Shown: piece by piece, positions 31,575-42,978 of the stretch
How the letters are laid out: every line of letters starts with the position of its first letter
Numbering within the stretch: the stretch's first letter is position 1
Position numbers and translations under genes: made by a program
Notes under the pieces: model-generated
What the model saw: the letters and a program-made list of their open reading frames with translations, nothing else
Database searches by the model: none
What the model was told of the DNA's origin: nothing
Assembly: GCA_051599415.1 (NCBI GenBank)
Contig: AP039701.1
Location: 62,001 to 126,000, forward strand
Direction: 5' to 3'
Source of the DNA: Savitreella phatthalungensis
Taxonomy: Eukaryota
DNA: 64,000 nt

Positions 31575-34262
31575 TTACTCCGTGGGTACAAGACTGCCGG
31601 CGATGCCATGGTAAAGTTCCTCCTGTCGACGGAACAGCAAATTATGAAAGTGCTGCAGCTTGTTTGCTTGAATCTTGCGTTGACGCGTTGTGTCCTGAAG
31701 TGCATGCAATTCAGCCAGATCTCGGCTGAGGTCAATCAGCCGGACGTCGGAGACAAAGTCTTTCAGATACCGCGCTGCACCGCGACCTACTCGCCTTTGA
31801 TACGCCGCTCGTTTAGGCCGACGTGACAGCGGCTGAGCGAGCGTTCTGTACAAATCGTCACCGAGCGATTTTCGTTGACGTTCACTACTAAACAATGCAA
31901 GTAAGCGGACGAGTGTGGCGTCATCAGCAGCAATGCCTTTCCTGACACTTGGAGTCAATTCGACATCAGCAGTCGAGTCTCGAGTGGCTGATTCATTGAG
32001 AGATTTCACTGTATCACGGCTGCCAGGTGTCGGCCGTGTTTTGAGCTGCTGCTCGAGCTCTGAGATCCGTGTCAGAAGCCGACTTTCCTCCTGAGCGCGT
32101 TTGCGCAGTACTTCACCACGCAATCTCTCCTCTTCTAGAGTCGCCTCTTTCTCCTGAATTGTCCGCTGAGCGGCATCTAAAGCCTGACGGAGCTTGTCGA
32201 GTTCCTGCGCATCTTGTTGAGGTTTCTTAGGGTCATCTCGCTGCTGTGCGTACCATGCTCCGGTGTGTTCTGCCTGGCGCGCAAGCATCTCACATCGTGT
32301 CAGAATGTCCTCGATCGTGATGATCGAAAGGACTTGATCTGAATCCGATGATGCGATCGCGCTTTCCACGAGGGCATTCAACTCTGATGCTGCCGCATCA
32401 GGTGCACGATGCTCGAGCCAGAAATCTTGTGCAGCCAGGATGCGGGATCGCACGTCTTGTGGATGATTAAAGGCGACCGCGTAGCCGTGTAATAAACCCA
32501 GAGATGCACGAGGACCAATCCGGAAGTAGTGCGCCATGCCAGTCAGCAGATCATCGGTGTCCTTCCTCAGCTGAGTATGCGACAAATTGCCTAGCACGAG
32601 CTCGCGTGATCGCCGAGCGAACGAACCCAGAAACTCTGCCAGGCGAGGATCTAAATTGCCCCTAACGCCTCGTTGTTGTTCTGTCGCGGCACACAACCTG
32701 AAGGAGAGGCGCGCAAGGCTCATCAACAAATCCGCCCTTTGTTTCCGAGGAGCCGCGTCGATGGCGGCCTGCGACATCAGCAGTGGAATTAGTGCGATCT
32801 CGAGCTCAAGCTCTCGAGCCCCTACCTTGGGTGACGAGCCTTCAACCTTGAGCAGGTCTGTGAGAATATGGCACTCGGATTTGCTGACTGCAAGATCCCA
32901 CTGCATCGCGGTCAGAACTTCGGCATTCCTGGCCTCGTCGAGACGTTGACTTCGAAGCTTCTGAATCTGCTGCGCGCTTTCTTGAGCGGTCGTCTGGACT
33001 CTTCCATGTAGGACATCGGCATCAATGAGCTGGCCTTGCAGGTTCTCGATGAGCTCCTTGAGCCGAACGATCGTTTCACCATATTGGTCCGCGCGCTCTT
33101 GTTCTTGCCTAGCAGTCTGCGAGAGCTCGGCCAGCGCGTTCTCGCGCTGATAGATTTGATCTCTCAACTCAAAGGCTTCGCGCCGTTGCGTCACGTCAAG
33201 CTCGTCAGCGAGATCTTTGAGGGCCTCGAGATCTGCAATCTCTTGCTTGCATACTGCTAGCTGTTCGGACAGCAGAAGATTGCGGTCCGCTAGAGCCTCG
33301 AGCATGTCTTCGGATCCTATTGAAAGGTCGAGTCTTTGTTTGAGGTCTTCGATGCTTGCTTCATGCTCATTGAGCTTTGCCAATGCTTCACGAGCTGCGA
33401 GCTTCGCATTGGCCAATTCTGCTTGCCTTCCGCCTTCTGCATTATCGTGTTCTTCAATCTGCTTCTGTTGCTCTCGCGAAACTTCATCTAATCGGACCAG
33501 TGCATCCTTTAGACGCTCATTTTGCGCTTCCAAGTTGCGAAGCGACCGAGACTCTGTCGATGCCTCTTCCTCCATCGGCACATCTTCTTTCATAATGTCC
33601 AGCTCTAGCTGCAACTCTTCGACACGCTCCCGCATTGCCTTGATGTCCAATGTGAGCAGCTCACGTTCCTCCTCAGCTTCCTCCTTCTGCAACGTCGCCA
33701 TCTCGAGCGCTTCGCTGAGCTCCGCAAGTTTGCCGTCGTGGATTGCGACATCACGAGCTTCGGACAACTGAGCCTTTGTCTGCAAGAGCTCTTCTTGTAA
33801 GAGCGCCAGGGACTTCCTGCACGCTCTCAAATCTGCCTGCTGACTCTGCAGCCGCTGCATGAGCTTGTTTTTGATAGTCGCCTCGATCTCATTCGTGGAC
33901 TCAAGCTCAGACAGACGCGCAAGACGCTGTGCATCGATCGATCTCTGGGCTTCCAAAGCCTTGATACGCCCAACTAATTCTGCTAGTGTACGACTGGTAG
34001 AAGTTTGAGTGTGCATTTCTGCTCGTTCTTCTGGCTCTTCGCTAACAAGAGCGACCTTGATAGGGCGTACAAAGACGCCATGCTCAGGAGGGCAGCTGAA
34101 GTAGCGCTCGCCTTGCACTTCGCCATCATTCTTGCCGGTGGCCGTGTCGAGCTCGACCCCGACCCATTTTCCTGGAGCAAAGCGCGTCTCCCCGATGAAG
34201 CGGACCACACCGCGGACACCATTGATCTCACATAGCGCTCCTACGACTAGCGCCTTGCTCAT
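31575..34262 (-). CDS. NIP100: Dynactin p150-Glued subunit (Nip100/Ssm4-like)
   Basis: N-terminal CAP-Gly domain ('GKWVGVELD..GKNDG..RYF'). Long coiled coil with 'LEMATLQKEEAEE', 'QNERLKDALVRL' and 'LEALKDLADEL'. Confidence 0.88.
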   Translation of the reverse strand: MSKALVVGALCEINGVRGVVRFIGETRFAPGKWVGVELDTATGKNDGEVQGERYFSCPPEHGVFVRPIKVALVSEEPEERAEMHTQTSTSRTLAELVGRIKALEAQRSIDAQRLARLSELESTNEIEATIKNKLMQRLQSQQADLRACRKSLALLQEELLQTKAQLSEARDVAIHDGKLAELSEALEMATLQKEEAEEERELLTLDIKAMRERVEELQLELDIMKEDVPMEEEASTESRSLRNLEAQNERLKDALVRLDEVSREQQKQIEEHDNAEGGRQAELANAKLAAREALAKLNEHEASIEDLKQRLDLSIGSEDMLEALADRNLLLSEQLAVCKQEIADLEALKDLADELDVTQRREAFELRDQIYQRENALAELSQTARQEQERADQYGETIVRLKELIENLQGQLIDADVLHGRVQTTAQESAQQIQKLRSQRLDEARNAEVLTAMQWDLAVSKSECHILTDLLKVEGSSPKVGARELELEIALIPLLMSQAAIDAAPRKQRADLLMSLARLSFRLCAATEQQRGVRGNLDPRLAEFLGSFARRSRELVLGNLSHTQLRKDTDDLLTGMAHYFRIGPRASLGLLHGYAVAFNHPQDVRSRILAAQDFWLEHRAPDAAASELNALVESAIASSDSDQVLSIITIEDILTRCEMLARQAEHTGAWYAQQRDDPKKPQQDAQELDKLRQALDAAQRTIQEKEATLEEERLRGEVLRKRAQEESRLLTRISELEQQLKTRPTPGSRDTVKSLNESATRDSTADVELTPSVRKGIAADDATLVRLLALFSSERQRKSLGDDLYRTLAQPLSRRPKRAAYQRRVGRGAARYLKDFVSDVRLIDLSRDLAELHALQDTTRQRKIQANKLQHFHNLLFRRQEELYHGIAGSLVPTE

Positions 34263-34618
34263 CTTTGCCACAGCCTCATGATCTAGTTAGCGAGCAGCAG
34301 CAGCACCGAACACAGTACCCGTGTCGTGCTACCGATCAAGGCTGTCTGAAGTCCTAAGCTGAAGTTATGTGCATCCGCATATAATGAAAGCATCAGTGCC
34401 GCGCCTGTAGTCGTTCGTGCATCGCGGTGTCAATCGACGTCGCTTGGAAGCACAATCAATATTGAATGTGAACCACAGTTCACGTGACTATAGCTGAGGA
34501 ACGACGTCAAGGGACAATCTACAGGGTCATCTCAGCTCGCTCTAGACACTTCCTCAATCGAAGTCATCTCATCAAGATCAGTGATTGATCATCTACAGGT
34601 CAAGCGGCTGCTATAAGT

Positions 34619-36811
34619 ATGGGGGCTATCGCTGACCAGGTCAAGCTTACCCTGGCTCTCAAGGCTAAGCCATTCGCCTATGGACCTCTCTTCATCGCCA
34701 GTGCAGTCAATGCATCAAGCACAGTTCGTCTAGTTGAGCCTAGCTTCAAGGATGCAGATCTTATCTCTGAGAAGGAGGCAGGCTCAACAGCTTCGCTTAC
34801 CGGCACTGAGAAGCAGCAGACCCAGGTGCAGGCGATCATCGAAGAGCTCGTGAAGGTCTACCCTGACGTCCTTGCAGGCCGAAACCAGGCACTCACAAAT
34901 GAGTGGCTTGCATTTGCCGCAGATCGTCTTTCTGGGGACTTCAAGAAGGTTCAGCCAGCTCTTGTCGAGCTTGACGATCACTTGACGCTGCGCACATTCT
35001 TCACTGATCACAAGCTGACCGCTGCCGATCTTGCAATCTACGGTGCTCTACAGGGCAACGCTGCCGCGCTGGGCTCGATCAAGAAATCGACATTCGTCAA
35101 CCTCGGTCGCTGGCACAGACATGTCTCCTCTCTTTCCTTCATCTCTAGCGCGCTCGAGGAGATAGTCAAACAGAATGCAGCAGCCAAGTCTGCAGCAAAG
35201 GCTGCAAAGACTGCTTCCGGCAACGAGAAGAAGCAGGCAAGCACGGCCAACTTCGAGATTGGCCTACAGGATGCGAAGGAAGGTCAAGTAGTGACCCGTT
35301 TCCCTCCGGAGCCTTCAGGCTACCTGCACATTGGCCATGCCAAAGCAGCCATGCTCAACCAGTTCTTCGCAGAGAAGTACAAAGGAAAGCTGTTGATCCG
35401 CTTTGACGACACGAATCCGTCAAAGGAGAAGCAAGAATACCAGGACAGCATCATCGAGGATTTGGCTATGCTTGGCATCAGTGCTGAGAACCTGTCCTAC
35501 ACATCCGATCACTTCCAGACACTGTACGACTACGCAGTCCAGCTCATCAAGCAGGGCGATGCTTACGTTGATGATACGACGCAGGAGGTCATGCGCCAGC
35601 AGCGCATGGATGGTGAGCCATCGAAGCGCCGCGAGCGCTCCGTGGAGGAGTCTCTCCAATTGTTCACCGGGGAGATGAAGAACGCGACGGAGATTGGCCA
35701 GCAGAACTGCCTGCGTGCGAAGATGTCATTCGACAACGCGAACAAGGCGATGCGCGATCCAGTGATCTATCGTGTAAACTTGCAACCACACCATCGCACC
35801 GGCGACGCATGGCACATCTACCCGACGTACGACTTCTGCTGCCCGATCGTCGATTCGATCGAGGGCGTGACACATGCGCTGCGTACGATGGAGTATCGCG
35901 ACCGCAACCCGCAGTACGAGTGGTTCCTACACAAATTGAACTTGCGCTTCGTTCACATTTGGGATTTCTCCCGCATGAACTTTGTGCGGACGCTGCTGAG
36001 CAAGCGTAAGCTCCAGTGGTTTGTCGACCAGAAGCTCGTGGGTGGCTGGGACGATGCACGTTTCCCGACAGTTCGTGGTGTGCGGAGACGCGGTATGCAG
36101 GTGCCAGCGCTCAAGGAGTTCATTCTGTCCCAGGGACCTTCTCGCAACATCAACAACCTCGACTGGTTTGGTATCTGGTCAATGAACAAAAAGGTCATCG
36201 ACCCAATCGCGCCTCGCCACGTCGCTATCGTTGACCCGATCAAGATCAAGCTGAGCGGCGTCGACAAGTCGTACTCCGAGAAGCGTCCGAAGCACAAGAA
36301 GAATCCTGAGGTTGGCGAGAAGGACACCTACTTCTCAGCCGAGATTGTGCTTGACCGAGACGACGTAAATTCTTTCGACGCAGACGAAGAGGTCACACTG
36401 ATGGATTGGGGCAATGCGTTTGTGCGCAAGGCCGCAGATGGAACAGTATCGATGGACCTCCATCTCGAGGGCGACTTCAAGAAGACTTCGAAGAAGGTGA
36501 CGTGGTTGTCCACGACACCCGGTCCCCAAGAGGTCGAGCTCGTCGACTTTGACTACTTGATCACAAAGGAGAAACTTGAAGAAGGTGACGATGTCAAGGA
36601 CTTCCTGACGCCGCAGACTGAATTCCGCACACCTGCAATCGCCGACATCAATGTGCGAGAACTTCGCAAGGGGGATGTGATTCAATTCGAGCGCAAGGGA
36701 TACTACGTTGTCGACGAACCATTCACCGAAGGCAAACTAATCGTCCTCTTCAACATTCCTGACGGCAAGGCAGTGAGCAGGTACGGGGTCAAGCCCACAG
36801 ACACGAAGTGA
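34619..36811 (+). CDS. GUS1: Cytosolic glutamyl-tRNA synthetase
   Basis: GST-like N-terminal domain, 'TRFPPEPSGYLHIGHAKA', 'RFDDTNPSKE', 'LLSKRKL' and 'IQFERKGYY'. Confidence 0.97.
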   Translation: MGAIADQVKLTLALKAKPFAYGPLFIASAVNASSTVRLVEPSFKDADLISEKEAGSTASLTGTEKQQTQVQAIIEELVKVYPDVLAGRNQALTNEWLAFAADRLSGDFKKVQPALVELDDHLTLRTFFTDHKLTAADLAIYGALQGNAAALGSIKKSTFVNLGRWHRHVSSLSFISSALEEIVKQNAAAKSAAKAAKTASGNEKKQASTANFEIGLQDAKEGQVVTRFPPEPSGYLHIGHAKAAMLNQFFAEKYKGKLLIRFDDTNPSKEKQEYQDSIIEDLAMLGISAENLSYTSDHFQTLYDYAVQLIKQGDAYVDDTTQEVMRQQRMDGEPSKRRERSVEESLQLFTGEMKNATEIGQQNCLRAKMSFDNANKAMRDPVIYRVNLQPHHRTGDAWHIYPTYDFCCPIVDSIEGVTHALRTMEYRDRNPQYEWFLHKLNLRFVHIWDFSRMNFVRTLLSKRKLQWFVDQKLVGGWDDARFPTVRGVRRRGMQVPALKEFILSQGPSRNINNLDWFGIWSMNKKVIDPIAPRHVAIVDPIKIKLSGVDKSYSEKRPKHKKNPEVGEKDTYFSAEIVLDRDDVNSFDADEEVTLMDWGNAFVRKAADGTVSMDLHLEGDFKKTSKKVTWLSTTPGPQEVELVDFDYLITKEKLEEGDDVKDFLTPQTEFRTPAIADINVRELRKGDVIQFERKGYYVVDEPFTEGKLIVLFNIPDGKAVSRYGVKPTDTK

Positions 36812-37254
36812 AGGGCTCACATCAATCGAGAGCATATAGAGCATGGCCTAGAATTTTCTTATAAAGTCACTAGTCTCGCTGCTGAAGCGATGAAAGCAGA
36901 AGACGATGGCAAGTCTATCGGGCTGACAATGCCTGTCTACTCCCTGTCTAGCAAGCTAGGTGAGTAGACATCCTGCGCGAACTATCAGTGTTCGTGAAAG
37001 GGTGTTGGTAGGTACTTACAGTGCACGTGATGGCTTGAGTGGGATAAAATTGTGAGGATTTGCTTTTCAGCCAATCAATTTGATCGAGTAAGCTATTTGA
37101 TCAAATTTATCCTCAATCAGTCAGAAAAAAAGTCCTCGTTCAACACTCACACTCACACTTTCACACACGTACTGATAGAGTCCTTACAAGGACATACTTT
37201 AGCGCCGCTGTTCCTGCTCAGCTCTAAACCATTGCTTCTTGTTTGGTGACAACT

Positions 37255-38442
37255 ATGGTATCCTCTGGATCAATCAACAGGGGCGCATGCTTCGCCGCCC
37301 GTCTGAGTGCTCGACCTAGCGCTTTAAAAACTTGCGTCAGATTCTCCAGTACAGGCAGACCAACGAGTACCTTCACAGACGCGCTCAATAATGGGCCTTC
37401 ATTCGCGGATTTTGTCCAGCGCACGCCTTCGATGTCCGCTTCCGAGTTATATGAGCTTGATCCAGATTCACCGCACGCTCCCAGCAACACGTCAAAGGCG
37501 ATGCAGCGATCAAAGAAAGCTCACGTGAAACTGCCAGACTGGCTCAAGACTGACATCCCAACTTCCGCGAGCTTCAACAAGATCAAGAACGATTTGCGCG
37601 GCTTGAACCTTCACACTGTCTGCGAGGAAGCGCGGTGTCCGAACATCGGGACGTGCTGGGGAGGTGAAGACAAGGCCAAGGCGACGGCAACCATCATGCT
37701 TATGGGCGACACGTGCACACGTGGCTGTCGATTCTGCAGTGTCAAGACTTCTCGCACGCCAGGACCATTGGATCCAAAGGAGCCAGAGCATGTCGCGGAA
37801 GCCATCTCCCGCTGGGGTCTCGGCTACGTCGTCCTCACGTCGGTCGACCGAGACGATCTCCCTGACGGCGGCTCAGCACATATCGAGGAGACGATTCAGA
37901 GGCTGAAACACAAGCGACCGCAGACGCTGGTCGAGGCGCTTGTTGGAGACTTCTGGGGTGATCTAGATGCCACAGCGCGAGTCGCACGCTCGGGCCTCGA
38001 TGTTTACGCTCACAACATCGAAACAGTCGAGCGCTTGACTCCTGAAGTGCGTGATCGGAGAGCCACCTTCCGCCAATCTCTGGCAGCACTATCTCATGCC
38101 AAGCAAGTTGTTCCAACGCTCGTCACAAAATCTTCCATCATGCTGGGTCTTGGAGAGACAGATGACGAGATCAGGCATGCCATGAAGGAACTTCGAGCAG
38201 CTGGCGTAGACGTCGTTACATTCGGCCAGTACATGCGTCCGACGAAACGTCACCTGAAGGTGCACGAGTATGTGTCCCCTGTCAAGTTCGCGTCTTGGAA
38301 GACGGAGGCTGAAGCAATGGGATTCCTCTATGCCGCTGCCGGCCCACTTGTCCGATCTTCTTACAAAGCAGGAGAGTTCTTCATCGAGAACGTTCTCCGC
38401 AACCGCACCGCAACTGCTGCAGCCTCATCTGCTCCTGCATAA
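37255..38442 (+). CDS. LIP5: Mitochondrial lipoyl synthase
   Basis: '[12 protein letters not shown]' auxiliary cluster motif, radical-SAM 'CTRGCRFC' and 'RSSY'. First ATG at 37255. Confidence 0.97.
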   Translation: MVSSGSINRGACFAARLSARPSALKTCVRFSSTGRPTSTFTDALNNGPSFADFVQRTPSMSASELYELDPDSPHAPSNTSKAMQRSKKAHVKLPDWLKTDIPTSASFNKIKNDLRGLNLHTVCEEARCPNIGTCWGGEDKAKATATIMLMGDTCTRGCRFCSVKTSRTPGPLDPKEPEHVAEAISRWGLGYVVLTSVDRDDLPDGGSAHIEETIQRLKHKRPQTLVEALVGDFWGDLDATARVARSGLDVYAHNIETVERLTPEVRDRRATFRQSLAALSHAKQVVPTLVTKSSIMLGLGETDDEIRHAMKELRAAGVDVVTFGQYMRPTKRHLKVHEYVSPVKFASWKTEAEAMGFLYAAAGPLVRSSYKAGEFFIENVLRNRTATAAASSAPA

Positions 38443-38531
38443 ACTACTCCTTAACGACCACTCTAAAACACTTTCATGTAGATATTCTATCACATTCTAT
38501 TCAGTGTGATGAGTGTCTGCGAACTTCAATA

Positions 38532-40526
38532 CTACACCACGATCTCAACATTCCTTCTCGGAAGGCGAGGATCAGGAGCATACCTTCCGCCACCTGGTGC
38601 TTGCGGCACTGGCCCCTGATCGGTTAGCCTTGTTGCAGTCTCGGTGTCCTTGTTTGCCCCTGCCAGATCTCTGCCTGCGGCCGGTGTTGTGTAATAATTG
38701 TTCTGCTGTGCGATCTTGGTCGTCGTCGTCCCTGCACTTCCCATCTTCCCACCTCCATACCTCATCTTCTCAGCCTGTCTCCCTCGCAAAAACGGCGACA
38801 AGGACGACGTCGAAGACCCGCTGCCTGTGAGTGTCGCATCGGAATCGACGTCCCTTTCCACACGCCTTGTCACCTCAGGGTCAGACAGACCTCGACTGCG
38901 TGATCTCGCCCTCGCCCTATCTCGGTACGACCGCTTGTGACGTGCTTGGATGAGTGCTTTTTCCAACGCCAGCGCTCTCTCACGCTCTCTTTCGAGGGCC
39001 GCGTCCACACGATCGCGATCGCGATCTAGCAACCGCTCTCTCGTCCGGTGTATCCCCTCACGCTCACGCCGCTGCCGCCGTCGACGGCCATCCTCCCTAC
39101 CACCCACCCCGTCATTATCACTCACCACCTCCCGAGCGCCGTAGTTGGCCTGGCCCTCAAAATACTGCTGCTGGGGCGGGCCTGGTGGTGGAGGAGGGTA
39201 GTATGGTTGTGGGTGGGGTGGTGCGTAGATGGGGGTGGCGCTGGGGAGGGGTGGTTGCGGTGGACCTGCTTGGACGATTTTTGGAGGTGGTGGTCGATCG
39301 TCGTACCTTGAACGGCGTGAGGTCCGGTGGTTGGTGGTGGTGGTTCTGCGTGATCTCGATTTGGCAGACGACGCACAAGCGGCCGTGAGCGAGGTCACGA
39401 AGAACAGGATGATTGCGAGAACGTGGAAGGAGAAGAGCGTTTTCAGGATCACGCACGCATTGAAGACCCGATCCGCGATCGTACCTGCACCGCCACCGAA
39501 CAAACCCCCGCCAGACCCACCAAACCCGCCAACAACGGCGATGGTAGGCAATATCGAGGATACGCCGAGGCCGGCACCACCGCCAAAGGGCCCTCCTGCG
39601 AATGGGGAGAACCCAATGCCACCGCCGCCGACGAGGAGTGCGCGGACTGTGACTGCGACGACGTCGGTGCAGGAGAGTTGGAGTGTCTGGTTGAGTGCGT
39701 TGCCTAGGACGATGGTGGCTGCGAACCAGGCGACTGCGGAGATGGCGTCTGCGATGGCTACGAGGAGCGGCAGACAGGAGATGCAGCAGAATGAGAAGAC
39801 GACCCAGGCGGTGGTGACTGCTGCGACGACGATGCTGAAGATGAGCGTGCCTGGGATCTGGAATGCAAATGAAGTGGCGCCGGCAGTGGCAAACGCCGCG
39901 GTGTTTGTCAGAACGACAAATCGGTTGACTAGCACAGACACGATTGCCAGGTTGACCACGACCACCGCCAGCAGGAGTATTCGGAGGAGCACACCGCACA
40001 CCGTTGCACATGCACGCAGCGGGTACGATAGCCACGAGCTCCAGCTGCTGTTGGTCCTTGTCGTCCTCCTCTCACGCTCCTCCTCGCGATATACGCCGGC
40101 TTTGTAGTCCTCGTCGACTGTGGCGGTGCCGGCGCTGAGTGGACGGTTTGGTCGGAAGTACGATCGATAGTCTGGCATAGCGCTTACAAATCTGCTGCGG
40201 AAGGGCGCTTGGTAGGGTGGGTGTAGGTCTTGGGCAGGCTGAATGGCGTCACCTGCAACGCCGCCTCGCTTGTTCTTGTCGTGATACTCACGCGCACTGT
40301 AGGGGGCAAATACGTCCCACCACGAGTATTGCCACCAGGGTTTATTCTGCCGGCGCGAGCGTATAGGGTCAGCACTAGCAGAGGACAGGACTGGTTGGGT
40401 ATTCGGCGTTGGATAGAAGCGAGGTGAGTATGGCAGGGTTTGAGTATACGGAGAGGGGTGTGAAGTCGGCACCGGCTTGCGTCGAGGTGCGCTTTGACGA
40501 GGACCTTGCGGGGACGTTGCGGGCAT
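38532..40526 (-). CDS. MARVEL-like tetraspan membrane protein with long cytoplasmic tails
   Basis: Four TM helices, a Cys pair flanking the TM3-TM4 loop, 'DAISAVAWFAA', and a Pro-rich and Arg/Glu-rich C-terminal tail. First ATG at 40526. Confidence 0.65.
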   Translation of the reverse strand: MPATSPQGPRQSAPRRKPVPTSHPSPYTQTLPYSPRFYPTPNTQPVLSSASADPIRSRRQNKPWWQYSWWDVFAPYSAREYHDKNKRGGVAGDAIQPAQDLHPPYQAPFRSRFVSAMPDYRSYFRPNRPLSAGTATVDEDYKAGVYREEERERRTTRTNSSWSSWLSYPLRACATVCGVLLRILLLAVVVVNLAIVSVLVNRFVVLTNTAAFATAGATSFAFQIPGTLIFSIVVAAVTTAWVVFSFCCISCLPLLVAIADAISAVAWFAATIVLGNALNQTLQLSCTDVVAVTVRALLVGGGGIGFSPFAGGPFGGGAGLGVSSILPTIAVVGGFGGSGGGLFGGGAGTIADRVFNACVILKTLFSFHVLAIILFFVTSLTAACASSAKSRSRRTTTTNHRTSRRSRYDDRPPPPKIVQAGPPQPPLPSATPIYAPPHPQPYYPPPPPGPPQQQYFEGQANYGAREVVSDNDGVGGREDGRRRRQRREREGIHRTRERLLDRDRDRVDAALERERERALALEKALIQARHKRSYRDRARARSRSRGLSDPEVTRRVERDVDSDATLTGSGSSTSSLSPFLRGRQAEKMRYGGGKMGSAGTTTTKIAQQNNYYTTPAAGRDLAGANKDTETATRLTDQGPVPQAPGGGRYAPDPRLPRRNVEIVV

Positions 40527-40964
40527 TAAGAGGCCAACGCGTAGGTTGAACAAGGGAGCCGGTGTTTGGACAGTGTCAAACAGGCATGGCGTCCTTGCTG
40601 CAATGTTGTCGTTGCCTGATGGTGCACAAGATCGGGGGACAAAGCGGCGAGTATATCCCAGGAAGGACTTCTCAGTGGGACAAGGTCAAACAAGAGGAAC
40701 AATCACACAAAATACGTCTCAGCCGTGCGTGGTACACTGTCAGATGGTAGTTTGGCCATACGTAAGCCCCGGTAGAGTGACACACAGCGACACGACACAA
40801 ACAATCTAGCAGCTGGAGCTGTCTGACGTCGGACATCTTTCGACGATGCTTGTTGCGTTTCACTCGGAGAAATTGAGGAAGAAGAAACAGGATATAGTGA
40901 CCGAGATACGTGAAACATGTGCATAGGTATTAAGAGACCTGTCGGCGTCGAGGAAAAAGTGATG

Positions 40965-41569
40965 CTAAAGGTCGCGGCGCTTGACTTCGACCTTTGATGT
41001 GTCGACGATCTGGTCGACATGAACACCCCATGGCGATCCGTGGTCAAGCATGCTAGAAATGGTCAGCTCTAAAGCTCTTGTAGGGAGCGACGAGGATTGA
41101 TGGTCTCACCCAGGGTAAGAGAGTTGCCGGAACCGAGGGTATTCTGCAGATTGTATAAGGAGTCGGGCCTCTGCGGCCTCCTTGGCGAGGTTGTAATGCT
41201 TGACGTTGCGCTCCTCCCAGGTATTATCTGCTGGGAGATGGTACTCGATCGTCGACTGGAAGTATCCCTTGCCGTCATTTCCGTCTGCGTATGCCTTGTC
41301 GAACCTGTATACAGCATAGGCGAGGATACCGCCTGCGAAAGCATTGCGCCACATCGGGCTGAAGAACGTCTCTGTGAAAGAATCAGGTGTCAGAATGAGG
41401 ATCTTTGAGACTGATTGACTGGTCGTGCAAGGAGAGAAGTCGTACCTTCTGTCACGTAGTTGGTGGTATCTGCGGAGGGTCCCGCGTGTGAAGCATTGCC
41501 GCGCGCGCCTGAAACGCGTGACCGAGATGCGACTGATCTTAGCGTCCTAGCCGCTGCTGATCTGAACAT
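40965..41569 (-). CDS. NADH-ubiquinone oxidoreductase accessory subunit (fungal 17.8 kDa subunit-like), 3 exons
   Basis: Exons 41569-41446, 41371-41110 and 41052-40965 with GT..CTGAC..AG introns. Product MFRSAAARTLRS..ETFFSPMWRNAFAGGILAYAVYRF..WEERNVKH..SYPGMLDHGSPW..: mitochondrial presequence plus one TM helix. Confidence 0.7.
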
Positions 41570-41798
41570 GATAGACTAGGCACGTCACGATAAGCTCCGA
41601 GGACGATGTGCTCTAGCTTTTTGTCTTGTAGCTACGGATGATGATGGTCTCTGACTGGTGCGAGTGAGTAAGTAAGTGACTACAGTGATTGTCTGAGATG
41701 TGAATGTGTCGCTCATTCGGACAAAACTGATTCCGATGGGGGGAACATTCACGTGCACAATTAAAGTATGCAAGAGAAAAGGTAAAAATCAGCAAAAA

Positions 41799-41857
41799 TA
41801 ATCATCATCAGCAGCAGCAGTCAAGCTCAAGCTCATCCTCATCATTATCATCATCAA
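41799..41857. repeat. Compound trinucleotide repeat (CAT/CAG)
   Basis: atcatcatcagcagcagcag...ctcatcctcatcattatcatcatcaa. Confidence 0.6.
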
Positions 41858-42108
41858 CATGACCACTTGGAGGAACTGGTTGACTCATTCCTGCACCAAG
41901 GCGTCGTTGCTACTCGAATATCATCTTGCTCTATCAATCAGATTGTAAATATATGAGCTAGTTGGCCTGTTTTGAGCTGCTTGGAGTGATTCATGCTTGC
42001 TCCCTCGGAGTAGATTGTCATCCTCATCGTTCGATACCTCAAATGACAACCTCTTCCCCGGAAAGCCGTGTGATGAAGAACCTGAGTCAGCCCATTGCGT
42101 GTTTGCAA

Positions 42109-42577
42109 CTAGACAAGCAGCTTCTCGATCGCGTTACGGATCGTCTGAATCTGTGGGCGGAGGTCGGATGCTTCGTTGGTAGTGACGGATGCAGAGATGA
42201 CTGCTCGGGAGACACCGCAAGCACGGCCGAGCGCAGCCTTCGAAGGCACAAACACGTACGGCACGTTCTTGTCCTCACAGAGAAGCGGCAAGTGAAGCAA
42301 GATCTCGATCGGCTCCGTGTCGGCGGCCATGACGATAAACTCTGAGATACCACGGTTCAGTGTCTTTGTAGCTATTGAAGAGAGTTAGTTATTTGCCCAC
42401 AAAGGTGCGAAAGAAAGATCTCCTTGATGAGATCGTCCTGTCATGATTGTACTTACCTTCGTTGGCACCCTTGCGGAGCTGCTTGACGTGCGAAGCCTGC
42501 TGAACGAGGTCGAGAATTTGGTTGGACAATGCCTGGTCGGCGAGCGGGAAGGCCTTTGGGTTTGGTGTTGCAGACAT
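42109..42577 (-). CDS. SNU13: Snu13/15.5K kink-turn-binding protein, 2 exons
   Basis: Exons 42577-42457 and 42371-42109; intron 42372-42456 (GTAAGT..CTAAC..TAG). Product [61 protein letters not shown]. Confidence 0.97.
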
Positions 42578-42978
42578 GACGATTGCAGATGTAGATGTGA
42601 CAAGTATAAATTTGGGCACTAGATTATCTTGAAGATGCTCGAGAGACCCAGAGATCGGAGGCAGAGAGGATTCGGATGGATATGCGGTTTGCGTGAGGGA
42701 ATGAGTGATCGATTGAGTGAGTGAGTGCCTGAATCTGTGCCGATGCATTCGTACAACCTCATGCGCAATTTATTCTTGGCCGGATGCACAAACTTGTACA
42801 GCAATTTAGAGTCAGTAACTATACCCTAGCACAAGCACAGGATATCGAGCACGGTTCCCTCGGCATAGCAGTAGTACAAGAGCCTCTCTTGCTCTGACTG
42901 CTGGATCTCGAGCTCGGATGAGCCTATATGTGGCTATTTCGTGAAGTAGTCAGAGTGAGCTGAAAGATCTATACCATC

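Noticed and set aside
39157..40107. Two 292-aa alternative-frame ORFs (39157-40035 -, 39229-40107 +)
   Set aside because: Shadow frames of the GC-rich MARVEL-like CDS with no independent protein features.
41637..41697. ATGATGA...CTGA resembling C/D box snoRNA motifs
   Set aside because: Short, with no terminal stem or recognisable guide; it lies in the CAT-repeat-containing upstream region of the complex I subunit gene.
42372..42456. Hairpin (GATCTC..GAGATC) in the SNU13 intron as a possible autoregulatory kink-turn
   Set aside because: Only a 6-bp stem, with no C/D or tandem G-A kink-turn consensus on the transcribed strand.
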